DNA from: an uncultured Ignavibacteria bacterium
GTDB lineage: Bacteria > Bacteroidota > Ignavibacteria > UBA10030 > UBA6906
Length of the DNA: 64,000 bases
Reading direction: 5' to 3'
Assembly (NCBI GenBank): GCA_963701735.1
Contig: CAVPBI010000022.1
Coordinates: 72,604-136,603 of the forward strand
Positions 9,871-20,836 of the stretch are shown one piece after another. The position numbers and the translations under genes were made by a program. The first letter of the stretch is position 1. Each line of letters opens with the position of its first letter. The notes under the pieces are model-generated. The model saw only the letters and a program-made list of their open reading frames with translations, was not told the origin of the DNA and made no database searches.

Positions 9871-10273
9871 ATACGGACCCTTCCACTGGTGAATATTTGA
9901 GAGCATAACCGCTATCGGCGTAAACTAGCCATCAAGCATAGCAGCCCCGCAGGGCTAACAAGCACAAGAAGCCCATGGCCACGTGAACCAGCACGGTAGG
10001 CCACAGGCCGATGCCGGACAATCCCGCGCCTAGGCCCGCATAGAGAAGGCCTGCGAAGACGCCGAAGAGGAACGTGATGGTGGCCGCTGCCACAGCGAGC
10101 CCGATCAGGGCTCAGCAGATGTCACTTCTGGTCCTTTTCGCACCGGACATCACTGGTCCTCCACGTTCAACATGCAATACGCCCGGTCCTATCGCGGATC
10201 TATCTTCGCTCCCCGAGCGCCACACATCCCACCCGGCATTGCGGGGCCCAAATCTTTTGCGGGTTCCCTGCAG

Positions 10274-11439
10274 CTACCCGAGCCGGGTGCCCTCTGCCTC
10301 GAGCCCGCCTCCCGTAGGCAGCTTGCTCCAGCTCCGGCGCTGCCATTCCTCTTTGAGGACTTCAACCGCCGCCTGCTCCAGAAACTCCGGCGCGGCCCAC
10401 TTATCCACATCGAAGTCGTGCTTGATGTAGCCGTGGCTTACCATGAAATCCTTGCCGATCTTTATGCACTGCATATTCTGCGCGCTCAGGCTCGGCACCA
10501 TGTCGACGTGCTTGATGCCTTCGTAGGTGTGCTCAGCGTCCAGGTAGAAGGTCTGCCGGTTGAGGATCACCGCAGCGGCGCGCTTGTGCTCGTTCGCCCA
10601 GCGGCCAACTTTGATCATGGCCTTCATGAAGGCGATGACCAGCTCGGGATGCTCCTTGGCCATCACGTCGGTGCAGGTGATGACAGCGGGAGTATTGGCA
10701 ACCTGCATAGTCCAGTCCGGCAACTTGGACAGGTCGAAGATCGACTTGATTTGGCCCGTAGCCTCCGAGAGCTGCTGCAAGGGCCCGCTCTGGTTGTAGA
10801 TGGCATCAACGGTGCCCGCAAGTAGTGCCTTCTCCAATGGGCGGAAGGCAAAGTCGTGCTTGTGGTCACGGCGCATCCACAGTTCAGAGGGGTTGTTCAT
10901 GGTCACTTGCAGCATCTCGGGTTTGTCATACCAGTCATCCGGGTAGGGGAACTCCACGAGCTGTATATCGTCCATGGTCATGTCATGCAGCATCAGCATG
11001 TTTTCGATGCCCATGTGTTCCTGGATCCGCCACCAATCGTTCTTGATGGTGTTCAGGCTCTTCGAGATGCCGATCTTCTTGCCTTTCAGGTCTTTCATCC
11101 GGAAGATCTTGTCTCGGGCGCGGACCATCATGCACGCCGCCCTCGTAGACCCACGTCGCCCCCAGGAGCACGGTTCGGCGGAGATCGGCGTGAACATGGA
11201 TCGGGGGATAGAGGCCGCCGAAGCGGATCAGGTTGTCGAGGTTGTGGACGTAGTGCGGGTACCAGTTGTTCTCCGGTGCGTGGCGGAAGTAGGCGTACTT
11301 GACTCCAATCTTCTTGTACTCTTCACGGCACCAGCCTAGCTCCTGGTCGACATTGTTGGCAGACACCATCGGGCAGTTGGTGAACCATACTTCTTTCCAA
11401 TTCAACGGCACTTTCGTAGATACCCTTTCTGTAGACATG
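10274..11439 (-). CDS. NMT1/THI5/SsuA-like substrate-binding-fold protein (no signal peptide); frame disrupted near 11140
   Basis: Two ORFs (10983-11600 and 10274-11197) join at …LLGATWVYEGG / MMVRARDKIFRMKDLKGKKIGI. The fold resembles sulfonate/nitrate-binding proteins and THI5. Start chosen at MSTERVSTKVPLNW. The Lys-rich MAKKRSK… extension upstream in the same frame was not included. Confidence 0.5.
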
Positions 11440-11700
11440 GCTTGTCCCTTTGTCAAAATGACTGGCTGTGAGATTTTTGAGAGGTCTCCGGGAAAGCAGA
11501 CCGTCGGTTTGCCGCTAGCTGATTCTCCTACTTTTCGTTTCGCTCGACTCTTGTTTCCCTTCTTGGGCGTTACCGCCATTTTGCTTCTCTTCTTAGCCAT
11601 GGATGCGTTCCTCTCGTGGATTGCTGATCACCCGACCGCCGATGACGGCGGTCTCACTAGGGCCTGGCCCCTGGATATGCATGATTCGCCCACGAACTTC

Positions 11701-13489
11701 TCATTGCTCTTGTCTGCCCTCCGCCTCCTTTGGATAGACTCTGTCTGCCTCCAGCGTGCGCCGCGCCAGATCGGGATTGATGCTGGACACGGCATCATAT
11801 TGGGTCAGGTGGACCTTGCCGGTCAGCTCTTCCAGGAAGTGCGATCGCTTCAGGCGGTCCATGACCGGGCCTTTCACCTCGGACAGGTGGAGGGTGATCC
11901 CGCCGTCCTTGAGCCGGTGGTTGATCGCCTCGAGGCTTTCCAGCGCCGAGGCGTCGATCGTGTTCACCGCCGGGCACTCGAGGATGACGTGGCGGACCGC
12001 CGGGTTGGCCGCGACCGCCTCGTTGATCTAGGTCCTCGATGAAACGGGCGTTCGGGAAATAGAGACTGGCGTCCACCCGGAGCGACAGGATCTCGGGGTC
12101 GGTCACCACCGTGTGGCGGTTCACGTTGCGGAAATGCGTCGGTCCCCGGGATCTGGCCCACGACCGCCACATGCGGCTTCGACGTGTGGTAGAGGTGGAG
12201 GAAGATCGAGAGACCCACGCCCGCCAACAGCCCCGCCTCCACGCCCTCGACCAGAGTGAGGAGGATCGTGGCGGCCATCGCCGCGCCGTCGGCCCGGGAA
12301 TAATGCCAGGTGTGCTTGAGGGCGCCGAGGTCCACCAGCGACAGGACCGCGACAATGATGGTGGCGGCCAGGGTCGCGTTCGGGAGAAAGTAAGCAGCGG
12401 CGTCAGAAACATCGTGGCGAGCGCGATGCCGACCGCTGTGAAGGCCCCGGCGGCGGGGGTCTCGGCGCCGGCTTCGAAGTTCACCACCGAACGCGCGAAG
12501 CCGCCGGTGACCGGAAATCCGCCCGAGACGGCCGCGCCGACATTGGACATGCCGAGCGCGATCAGTTCCTGGTCGGGGTCCACGCGCTGGCGGCGCTTGG
12601 CGGCGAGCGTCAGGGCGACCGAGATGGACTCCACATAGCCCACGATGGAGATCAGCAGCGCGGGGACAAGGAGCTTCGTCCAGAGCGCCACGTCGAACGG
12701 CGGCAGGGTGAGCTTCGGGCAGGCCCGTGGGGACCGTGCCGACGATCTTGACGCCGTGCTCGGTAAGCCCGAAGCCCCAGACGGCGGCGGTGGTCGCGGC
12801 GATGGCCACGACCGGGCCCACCTTCGCCAGGATGTCGGCGGGCCGTTCGCCGAGCCCGAAGCGGCGCAAGAGGGGCTTGAGGCCGCGGCGCACCCAGAAG
12901 AGAAAGGCCAGCGACGCGAAGCCGATCACCGCGGTATAGGGATTGATGTGGCCGAGGTTGGGCACCATCGATTTCAGCAGGTCCACAAAGCTCTCGCCCT
13001 CCGCGTGGATGCCGAGCACGGGCGCGAGCTGGCCGGCCGCGATCTGGATGCCCGAGGCGGTGATGAAGCCCGAGATGACCGGGTGGCTGAGGAAGTTCGC
13101 GAGAAACCCCAGCCGCAGCAGCCCCATGGCGAGCAGCAGCAGTCCCGAGATGGCGGCGAGCGCGATGGCCGCCCCCAGATACTCCGGCGTTCCCTGGGAC
13201 GCGACCTGTGCCGCGGCGGCCGCGGTCATGAGGCTGGCCACGGCCACGGGGCCGACCGCGAGCGCGCGCGAGGTGCCGAAGATCGCGTAGAGCACGAGCG
13301 GCGCCATCGAGGCATACAGCCCGACCTGCGGCGGGAGCCCCGCCAGCAGCGCATAGGCCAGCGACTGCGGGATCAGCATGACCGTGACAATCCCCGCCAC
13401 GATCAGGTCGTTGGTGAACGTCTTGCGGGAGTACTCGGCCCCCCAGGTCAGGATCGGGAAATAGCGGCGGACCAGGCGGGGGATGTTCA
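11701..13489 (-). CDS. SulP-family sulfate/anion permease with C-terminal STAS domain; frame disrupted at about 12700 and 11970
   Basis: N-terminus MNIPRLVRRYFPILTWGAEYSRKTFTNDLIVAGIVTVMLIPQSLAYALLAGLPP (SulP signature). A middle segment sits in the 11795-12691 ORF. The C-terminal STAS domain is in the 11701-11967 ORF. Confidence 0.8.
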
Positions 13490-14365
13490 TGCCACGCCCT
13501 CCGCAACGGTCTTGCCGGCCTGCTTGGCGAAGATCTTGGCTCCAATGGCCGCGAGGACAACCGACCACAACGTCCACATGACGACCATCGCCACGATGCG
13601 CGGGTCCGCGTTCGGAATGGCAAGCGCCGCCGCCAACACCGCTGCGATGTTGCGCGTGCCCATCCCCAGCGCCATGACGCTTCGCTGATTCTGTGTCAGG
13701 CCGAAGCCGAAGCGATACGTGATCAGGGCCATCCCGACCATGAACAGGGTCATTGAGAGGAGGGCAAAGCTGCCCGCCGTGTTGAGCATCCCCCGGCCGT
13801 AGAGCACGAGACACCACACGATCGTCAGCAACGTGGAGAGCAGGGCCAGCCCCTTGACCGCCGGGAAGATCTTGGTTGCCCCATTGTCGGCATAATGCCG
13901 GATCGCCGCTCCGATGATCAGCGGCAGGAGTATGGTCAGGAGGAGCGGTTTCGCGAGCGCCCAGGTGCTGATCGTCAACCCCTTGATCAACAGGGGTGCC
14001 ATCAACGGCATCAACACCACCGTGCCGACCATCACCAGCGGTATGAGGGCTCCCGCGAAGCCCATGTCGCCGCGGGCTTTTCCCACCATCTGCTGGAGGA
14101 ACGGCGCGCAGGGCGCCAGACTGGCGAGGAGCACCACGATGACGTAGGGCTCCGCCAACGGAAGGACCCTGGTGATCAGATAGCCGAACGCCGGCCCCAA
14201 CACCCAGCCCCACACGAAGATCAGCGCCAGGGATTTCTTGTTTCGCAGCGCCACGATAACCTCGGGCACCTTAACCTGGAGGCCCATGGCCGCCAGGTTC
14301 GACACGGTAAAGAGAAATACCAATGGCGCGAATGTGGTCTCGAGAAACTGCATAACATCGTTCAT
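13487..14365 (-). CDS. Bile-acid:sodium symporter (BASS/SBF) family transporter
   Basis: 292-aa polytopic protein (MNDVMQFLETTFAPLVFLFTVSNLAAMGLQV…) with the BASS-like two-repeat organisation. Its stop overlaps the SulP start. Confidence 0.65.
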   Translation of the reverse strand: MNDVMQFLETTFAPLVFLFTVSNLAAMGLQVKVPEVIVALRNKKSLALIFVWGWVLGPAFGYLITRVLPLAEPYVIVVLLASLAPCAPFLQQMVGKARGDMGFAGALIPLVMVGTVVLMPLMAPLLIKGLTISTWALAKPLLLTILLPLIIGAAIRHYADNGATKIFPAVKGLALLSTLLTIVWCLVLYGRGMLNTAGSFALLSMTLFMVGMALITYRFGFGLTQNQRSVMALGMGTRNIAAVLAAALAIPNADPRIVAMVVMWTLWSVVLAAIGAKIFAKQAGKTVAEGVA

Positions 14366-14505
14366 GGCCTATGTTCCTTCACAGTAACCTGTCTTGACCG
14401 ATCTTCTTGAGCCAGCCGCGTCTCCGGAAGAGCCACAGCTGACGCAGCACGACGAGGATCATGAGTGACGAACGACGAAACATCCGTACCGCACTCTCAT
14501 GCTGT

Positions 14506-16188
14506 TCATATCGCTCGGTGCGACCGCGCCAGCATCCCGCCCGAGATGTTCCGGGCTTTGAATCCGTTCTGCACAAGGATGCGGGTCGCGAAATAGGCTC
14601 GCACCGCCGAGCGGCAGATCACGCTGATCTCCCGATCGCGGGGGAGTTCGCCCAGGCGCGCGCGGAGCTGAGGCAGCGGAATGTTCACCGCGCCGGGCAG
14701 GGCTTCAACCTCCAGTTCAGCGGGATTCCGGACGTCGAGGAGGAGCGACCCGCCCACGGCATCCCAGTGCGTGAGCGGCATGTCCCCGCGAAGGACGTCC
14801 GCCGCAACCATGCCCGCGAAGTTCACGGGGTCCTTCGCGCTCCCGAACGGCGGCGCGTAGCACAGCTCGGCCTCCTCGAGATCGTAGATGGTGCACCCCA
14901 TCTGAATCGCCATCGCGAAGGAGTCGATCCGCTTCGGCACCCCGTCCTCGCCCAGCACCTGTGCCCCCAGAAGTCGCCCGTTCGATTTCCTGAAGAGAGC
15001 CTTGACGATCAGCAGCTTCGCGCCAGGGTAATACCCGGCATGCGAATTGGGGTAGAGATAGACCTTCTCGAAATCCTTGTCGCCAAGCCGGGTCAGTGTC
15101 TTCTCGCTTGCTCCGGTTTGCGCGATCGCGGCATCGAAAATCTGGCAGATGGATGTCCCCTGCGTGCCCCGATACCGGGAATTCCGCCCCGCGATCACGT
15201 CGGCCACGATCCTGCCCTGCCGGTTCGCCGGACCGGCAAGAGGGATGAGTGTCCGTTCGCCGGTCACGAAGTCCTTGACCTCGACCGCATCGCCCACGGC
15301 GAAGATATCCGGGTCTGATGTGCGCATATGCTCGTCGACGCGAATGCCCCCGCGCTGTCCGAGCTCGAGCCCAGCACCTTTCGCCAGCGCTGTTTCCGGG
15401 CGCACTCCGATCGCCAGGATCACGATGTCCGCGGGATGGACCTTGCCCGCCTCCGTCAGGACTTCCAGCGCGCCGTCAGCCGACTTCCTGAATCCAGCCA
15501 CGCCGTCGTTGAGCTCCACGCGCACGCCGTGCTTCACCATGTACCGCTCGACAATCCGCGCCATTTCCGGATCGAGCGGAGGCATCACCTGATTGAGCTT
15601 CTCGATCAGCGTCACTTCAAGCCCGCGGTGCTTCAAGTTTTCGACCATCTCCAGGCCGATGAACCCTCCCCCGACGACGACCGCGCGCTTCGGTTTCGAG
15701 ACCGTGTCGACGCCGGTGAACGGGTTCCCCACAGACCGATCGGCATCGCGGTCAAGCCATTCCCGGATCTTCCGCGCGTCAGGCACAGTCCTCACCGAAA
15801 AGATCCCTGGAAGATCGATGCCGGGAAGCGGTGGACGGATCGGCGCCGCCCCGGGGGAGAGAACGAGCTTGTCATACTTCTCGGTTGTGACAGCTCCCGT
15901 TCCAGTGTTCTTCAATTCCACCGTTTTCGTCTTCGGCGAAATTCCGATCACCTCGCAGTTCGTCCTGCAATCGACCGCGAAGACCGTCCGGAACATCTGT
16001 TCTGTCGCCACCAGGAGGCTCGACTCTTGCTCAATGGAGCCTCCGACATGGTATGGCAGCCCGCAGTTGGCGTACGAAACGTACGGTCCGCGTTCCACCA
16101 GAACGATTTCGGCCTTCTCATCCAGCCTGCGCAGGCGCGCCGCGCACGACGCCCCACCGGCCACACCGCCAATGATGATGACTTTCAT
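14506..16188 (-). CDS. CoA-disulfide reductase with C-terminal rhodanese domain (NADH-dependent persulfide/polysulfide reductase type)
   Basis: MKVIIIGGVAGGASCAARL FAD-binding motif. Active-site SYANCGLPY. Second Rossmann motif VVVGGGFIGLE. C-terminal rhodanese-like domain with …VICRSAVRA…. Confidence 0.85.
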   Translation of the reverse strand: MKVIIIGGVAGGASCAARLRRLDEKAEIVLVERGPYVSYANCGLPYHVGGSIEQESSLLVATEQMFRTVFAVDCRTNCEVIGISPKTKTVELKNTGTGAVTTEKYDKLVLSPGAAPIRPPLPGIDLPGIFSVRTVPDARKIREWLDRDADRSVGNPFTGVDTVSKPKRAVVVGGGFIGLEMVENLKHRGLEVTLIEKLNQVMPPLDPEMARIVERYMVKHGVRVELNDGVAGFRKSADGALEVLTEAGKVHPADIVILAIGVRPETALAKGAGLELGQRGGIRVDEHMRTSDPDIFAVGDAVEVKDFVTGERTLIPLAGPANRQGRIVADVIAGRNSRYRGTQGTSICQIFDAAIAQTGASEKTLTRLGDKDFEKVYLYPNSHAGYYPGAKLLIVKALFRKSNGRLLGAQVLGEDGVPKRIDSFAMAIQMGCTIYDLEEAELCYAPPFGSAKDPVNFAGMVAADVLRGDMPLTHWDAVGGSLLLDVRNPAELEVEALPGAVNIPLPQLRARLGELPRDREISVICRSAVRAYFATRILVQNGFKARNISGGMLARSHRAI

Positions 16189-16250
16189 GATACTGTCTCC
16201 CTGGCTCTGTGTTCGAACAAGTCCATCTCAACCTCTGTCACAATTTCCGG

Positions 16251-17300
16251 TCAGATGTCAGCGAATTGAATCACGACCTTGATGTCATCTGGTCTTCGTT
16301 CCAGGGCCTGCATGAAATGCTCGGGTTTTTCCCGCCGCGTCATGAGGCCCGCCAGCCATTGCCGATCCGCGCGGGCCAGCACCTGGCCGGCTTTGTACCA
16401 GTGCCGCTTGTTGGCATTCACACTCCCGACGATGACGTTGTTCCTGAGTACCGCCGCCGCGGCAACGTCCGCAATCGCCGCCCCCGCTGCTGCGCCTCCC
16501 CTGCCGACACCCGTGAGACAGACGATGCCGCCGGCCCCCACCTTGAGAATGGACTCGGCGATGACTTGCCCGACCCCGGTGCACTCGATGATGATGTCCG
16601 GTTCGAAGTCTACGTGTGAAACGCTTGTTGAGTGATACGTCGCACCGAGGGCCTTCACCAGATCAACCTTTGGGCCGGAGGTGACGCGATCCAGAACATG
16701 GACATCCAATCCAGCCTGCCTGCCGATGAGGGCGGCAAGAAGGCCAATGGGCCCTGCGCCGGTAACGAGCACACTCCGCGGCGCCCAGAACGAGCGCTGA
16801 CCTACCGCCTGCACCATCTCCCACGCTTTGGCGACAACCGTCGTCGGTTCAAGCAGCACGCCGAGGATCCCCAGCGTGGGGTCCACTTTCATCGCGTATT
16901 CGGGTTCAATCCTCCAGCGTTCAGACATGTAGCCGTCAATCTGCTTGATGCCACGCTCGGTGTATTGACCGTTACGGCACATATCCCACTCCCCCACCGC
17001 GCAGTTCGGGCACGGAACCGGGTCGGGGCGGCGCACAATTCCGACCACGAGATCCCCTTTCTTGAGGCCTGACCGCAGTCCTGGATCGATGACGCGCCCC
17101 AGCGATTCGTGCCCCAAGACCAGCCGGGTCTTCCCGGAAGGCGCCCAACCGTATTTCCCTTCAACAATTTCGACATCGGTTCCGCATACCCCGGCGGCGA
17201 CAGCTTCCACGACCACCGAGCCGTTCAGTGTGTCGGGTTCGGGGACATCTTCCCATCGTGCGGTCCCCGGCTTCATCGGTTCAACGGTAATCGCTTTCAT
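16251..17300 (-). CDS. Zn-dependent medium-chain dehydrogenase, archaeal-type glucose 1-dehydrogenase-like
   Basis: MKAITVEPMKPG…GVCGTDVEIVEGKYG…LVLGHESLGRV. NAD(P)-binding motif VTGAGPIGLLAALI. Confidence 0.75.
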   Translation of the reverse strand: MKAITVEPMKPGTARWEDVPEPDTLNGSVVVEAVAAGVCGTDVEIVEGKYGWAPSGKTRLVLGHESLGRVIDPGLRSGLKKGDLVVGIVRRPDPVPCPNCAVGEWDMCRNGQYTERGIKQIDGYMSERWRIEPEYAMKVDPTLGILGVLLEPTTVVAKAWEMVQAVGQRSFWAPRSVLVTGAGPIGLLAALIGRQAGLDVHVLDRVTSGPKVDLVKALGATYHSTSVSHVDFEPDIIIECTGVGQVIAESILKVGAGGIVCLTGVGRGGAAAGAAIADVAAAAVLRNNVIVGSVNANKRHWYKAGQVLARADRQWLAGLMTRREKPEHFMQALERRPDDIKVVIQFADI

Positions 17301-17304
17301 GGCG

Positions 17305-20078
17305 TCATGTCCCCTTCTTCCCAACTTGCGCGCCGGGCCCCTTCCTGCTAAAGGCAGACTTCTTCCCTCCTTTTAGGAGTTGCGCGGCATCAAGACTTCC
17401 GAAGAGCTGGATCAGCACGGCGACCGCTCCGGTCCATCCAGTCTGGTGACTTGCTCCGAGGCCCGCGCCATTGTCGCCGTGGAAGTACTCATGAAAGAGG
17501 AGGTGGTCCCGCCAGTGTGGATCGTTCTGGAACCTCTCCGAACCACCATAGATAGGGCGTCTGCCGTGCTCATCCCGGAGGAACATGCTGGTGAGGCGGT
17601 CTGCGATCTCCTTGCTCACCTCGAAGAGGTTCATCATCCTCCCAGAACCGGTGGGGCATTCGACCTTGAAGTTATCACCGTAGTACAGGTAGTATTGAAG
17701 GAGCCCCCTGATGAGAACGACATTGACGGGCATCCAGATCGGTCCCCGCCAGTTGGAGTTGCCGCCGAACATGCCGGTGTTCGATTCGGCCGGCAGGTAG
17801 TCCACACGGTACTCCTGCCCGCCCACGTTGAAGACATACGGGTGATCCTTGTGGAACTTCGAGATGGATCGGATGCCGTAGGGACTCAGGAATTCGTTCT
17901 CATCGAGCAGTTTCGAGAGGATCCGGCGGAGCCGTTCGGGGTTGACCAGGGCGAGGATGCCCCGTTCGGCCACTCCCAGATGACCCGGTCCGGTGGGGTG
18001 GATGGACGCCAGCAACTCCGGAATCTGTCTCAGGCGCACGTGCAACGCATCAGCGACCTGCGGGACAAGTTCTCTCTGCCACTTCTCGATAACCGTTGTC
18101 GCGCACAGCGGCAAGAGCCCGACCATGGAGCGCACCTTGAGTCTTGTCGCGCTGCCGTCCGGAAGCCGCAGGAGATCGTAGTAGAACCCGTCCTCCTCAT
18201 CCCACATGCTGTCCTGGCCGGGTTTGTTCATAGCTGCGGCGATGTAGCAGAAGTGCTCCGCAAACTTGAAGACCATGTCTCCGTAGATGGGATCATGGGA
18301 GGCAAGCTCCACCCCGAGCTCAAGCATGTTCTGCGTGAACAGGGCCATCCACGCCGTGCCGTCGGCCTGTTCAAGATAGCCTCCCGTGGGAAGGGGGGCA
18401 CTCCGGTCGAAGACGCCGATGTTGTCGAGGCCAAGGAAGCCTCCCTCGAACACATTCTTGCCGAAGCGGTCCTTCCGGTTCACCCACCATGTGAAGTTCA
18501 GAAGAAGCTTGTTGAAGGCCTGTTTGAGGAACGCTATGTCGCCCTCGCCCCGCATGGCCTGCTCGGTGCGGTGGTTGAACAGGGTTGCCCAGGCGTGAAC
18601 GGGAGGATTCACGTCGCTGAAGTTCCACTCGTACGCGGGGAGCTGGCCGCTGGGGTGAAGGTAGCGCCCGCGGAGCATCAGCTTCATCTGATCCCTGGCG
18701 AAGTCAGGATCCACGATCGAGATCGGCAGCGTGTGGAAAGCGAGGTCCCATGCCGCGTACCAGGGGTACTCCCACTTGTCGGGCATGGAGATGATATCCT
18801 CGTTGACCATGTGGAACCAGTCCCGGTTCCGGAATTCGCGGCTCCCCCCTGAAGGGGGTGAGCACGGTGTTCCTGCAGCCACTGATTGGCGTCCATATAG
18901 TAGTACTGCTTGGACCAGAGCATCCCTGCGATGGCCTGGCGCATCACGCTCGCGGCGTCCGGAGAGATCTTGGCTGGGGTCACGGAGCGGTAGAACTCGT
19001 CAGCCTCCTGCACCCTGGCGGCGAACGATTCAGCGAACTCCGACCCGAATGGAGTGCCGTCACTCTCGGTTTCTTTCTTCTGCTGATCAGCGGACTGGTT
19101 CCTCAAGCGCAGCCGGACCGTCGCCGACTGGCCCGCGCCAATTGTGAGCGGGTAGTACGCTGCGGCTTTGGTGCCAACACACCCTGGGTTCACTGCCTCC
19201 TGGCGACCGTGGACGACGCAGTCGTTGATGCCGTCTTTGACGTGAGGGCTGTTGTTCGGATACTCGGGAAAGAGCCGCGCGTTGTTCGTTTCATTCTCAG
19301 TGAACAGGAGGGCTGCAACACCTTCACAGTGCAGATAGTATGTGCCCAGCGCCGGATGCGTTGCCGCTATCGCTCGTGACCCCGCTGGTCCCTTGATCTG
19401 CTTGAGTGTCGGCTTTTCTGAAGGTTCTGCCACCCAGGTTGCCCAGTCGTTCCGGAACCAGAGCGTCGGGAGCACGTGCAGCTCGGCCGCCTCCGGCCCA
19501 CGATTGGCGGCGGTGATCTGCACCAGGATGTCCTCCGGGCCGGCCTTGGCGTATTCCACGAAGACGTCGAAGTAGCGATCCTTCTCGAAGACGCCCGTGT
19601 CGAGCAGTTCATACTCCATCTCGTCGCGCGTGCGCCGGCGGTTGGTCTCGACGAGGTCGCCGTACGGATACGCGGCCTGTGGATACTTGTAGAGGTACTT
19701 CATGTAGGAATGGGTCGGCGTCGAGTCGAGGTAGAAATAGTACTCCTTCACGTCCTCGCCGTGGTTCCCCTCGCTGTTGGTCAGCCCGAAGAGGCGTTCC
19801 TTGAGAATGGGGTCCTTCCCATTCCACAGGGCCAGGGCAAAGCAGAGGTGCTGGTTGAGATCGGAGATTCCGGCCAGGCCGTCCTCGCCCCACCTGTAGG
19901 CCCTCGACCGTGCCTGGTCATGTGTGAAGTAGTTCCAGGCATCGCCCCCTTCGCTATAGTCCTCGCGCACCGTCCCCCACTGTCGCTCAGAGAGGTAGGG
20001 GCCCCATTTTCGCCACGGTGATCCCGTTCTGGCTTCCTCGAGGCGTTTCTGTTCTGCATTCAACTTGGCCTTCGCCAT
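17305..20078 (-). CDS. Glycoside hydrolase family 63-like glucosidase (mannosyl-/glucosylglycerate hydrolase-type); frame disrupted at a C6/G5 homopolymer near 18845
   Basis: N-terminal ORF has …PWRKWGPYLSERQWGTVREDYS…. C-terminal ORF has …MPDKWEYPWYAAWDLAFH… and …SPYGIRSISKFH…GGNSNWRGPIWMPVN, the (alpha/alpha)6-barrel catalytic domain of GH63. Confidence 0.8.
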
Positions 20079-20234
20079 TGTCTACCTCCCTCGGTTTTCA
20101 CATCAGAAGATGAAAGACACCCCCCAGTGCAGGACCGGATACGGAGTCTCCGGTCGTCGGACTTCTGTTGCGCAATGGCCGGATCGGTGCCCGGGGCGAA
20201 CCCCTTCATCAGTATACCCGGGATCGAAGCCGCC

Positions 20235-20591
20235 TCAGTCATGCCGCTCTCCCGCGCCGGTCTGATCGACGCGGGTTCTTGCTTCTGCAATGGTCTCAAA
20301 CCCGGTCGACCGGACGACTTCATCGAACCTGATCTCCGGATGGCCTCTTGCCATCTCGATCACCAGGAGGATCCTCTGATAGTCCGACGAGCGGAGATGC
20401 CGCTGCAACTCTTCGTGGCTGGTCCAGGATTCATCCACCATGATTGCTTGATCCTGCTGGACATCCCGGTAGATCCGGCAACTGATGCAGCCGGGCTCAA
20501 TTCTGGTTCGCTCAGCTACGGGGCGAAGAACATCCAATGCCTCCCTGACGCTTCCGGGAGACAACTCGAAGCGGATGGTCGCATGTACCAT
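20235..20591 (-). CDS. Antibiotic-biosynthesis-monooxygenase (ABM)-like small protein
   Basis: MVHATIRFELSPGSVREALDVLRPVAERTRIEPGCISCRIYRD resembles the ABM/Dabb ferredoxin-like fold. A longer alternative start lies at 20681. Confidence 0.4.
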   Translation of the reverse strand: MVHATIRFELSPGSVREALDVLRPVAERTRIEPGCISCRIYRDVQQDQAIMVDESWTSHEELQRHLRSSDYQRILLVIEMARGHPEIRFDEVVRSTGFETIAEARTRVDQTGAGERHD

Positions 20592-20702
20592 GAGAGCACG
20601 TTTCTCTGGTGAATTGACCGGTATCGGTCTGTGAAAGAGCTGGGGAGTGAGGCAGCTCACTCCAGGAGTGAATACCAACAAGAGGGCGAGCGCATTATGT
20701 GA

Positions 20703-20720
20703 AGCGAAATGCGTGCCCGA
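20703..20720 (-). promoter_or_regulatory. Candidate sigma-54 (-24/-12) promoter
   Basis: The minus strand reads cGGGCACGcattTCGCt. The consensus is TGGCACG-N4-TTGCW, giving one mismatch in the -12 element. It lies between the sigma-54 activator gene and the ABM gene. Confidence 0.35.
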
Positions 20721-20836
20721 GAACTCAGGCTGAGGTTCCTGAAGAAAGAGGCCGAATTGTGGGGTTCTCTAGCGGAGCGACGACTGAGGAGGGCACCCTG
20801 TGCGGAGTTCTGCGCCGACATATCGGCGCGACGACG

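Noticed and set aside
9927-10150. Minus-strand small membrane protein (about 73 aa, MSGAKRTRSDIC…LIGLAVAAATITFLFGVFAGLLYAGLGAGLSGIGLWPTVLVHVAMGF…)
   Set aside because: It requires a frame correction to be continuous and has no family signature. It was left out of the feature list as too speculative.
12645-13688. Long plus-strand ORFs with Arg/Pro/Gly-rich translations (e.g. 12645-13688, 35353-37008, 50436-52163, 24723-26261, 17380-18852)
   Set aside because: They are antisense shadow ORFs of well-supported minus-strand genes, as is typical in high-GC DNA. Their translations are low-complexity with no domain signatures.
20079-20234. Sigma-54 promoter upstream of the GH63 gene (GGCAC … TTGC seen on minus strand)
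   Set aside because: The spacing between the GG and GC elements is about 17 nt instead of 10, which is incompatible with RpoN recognition.
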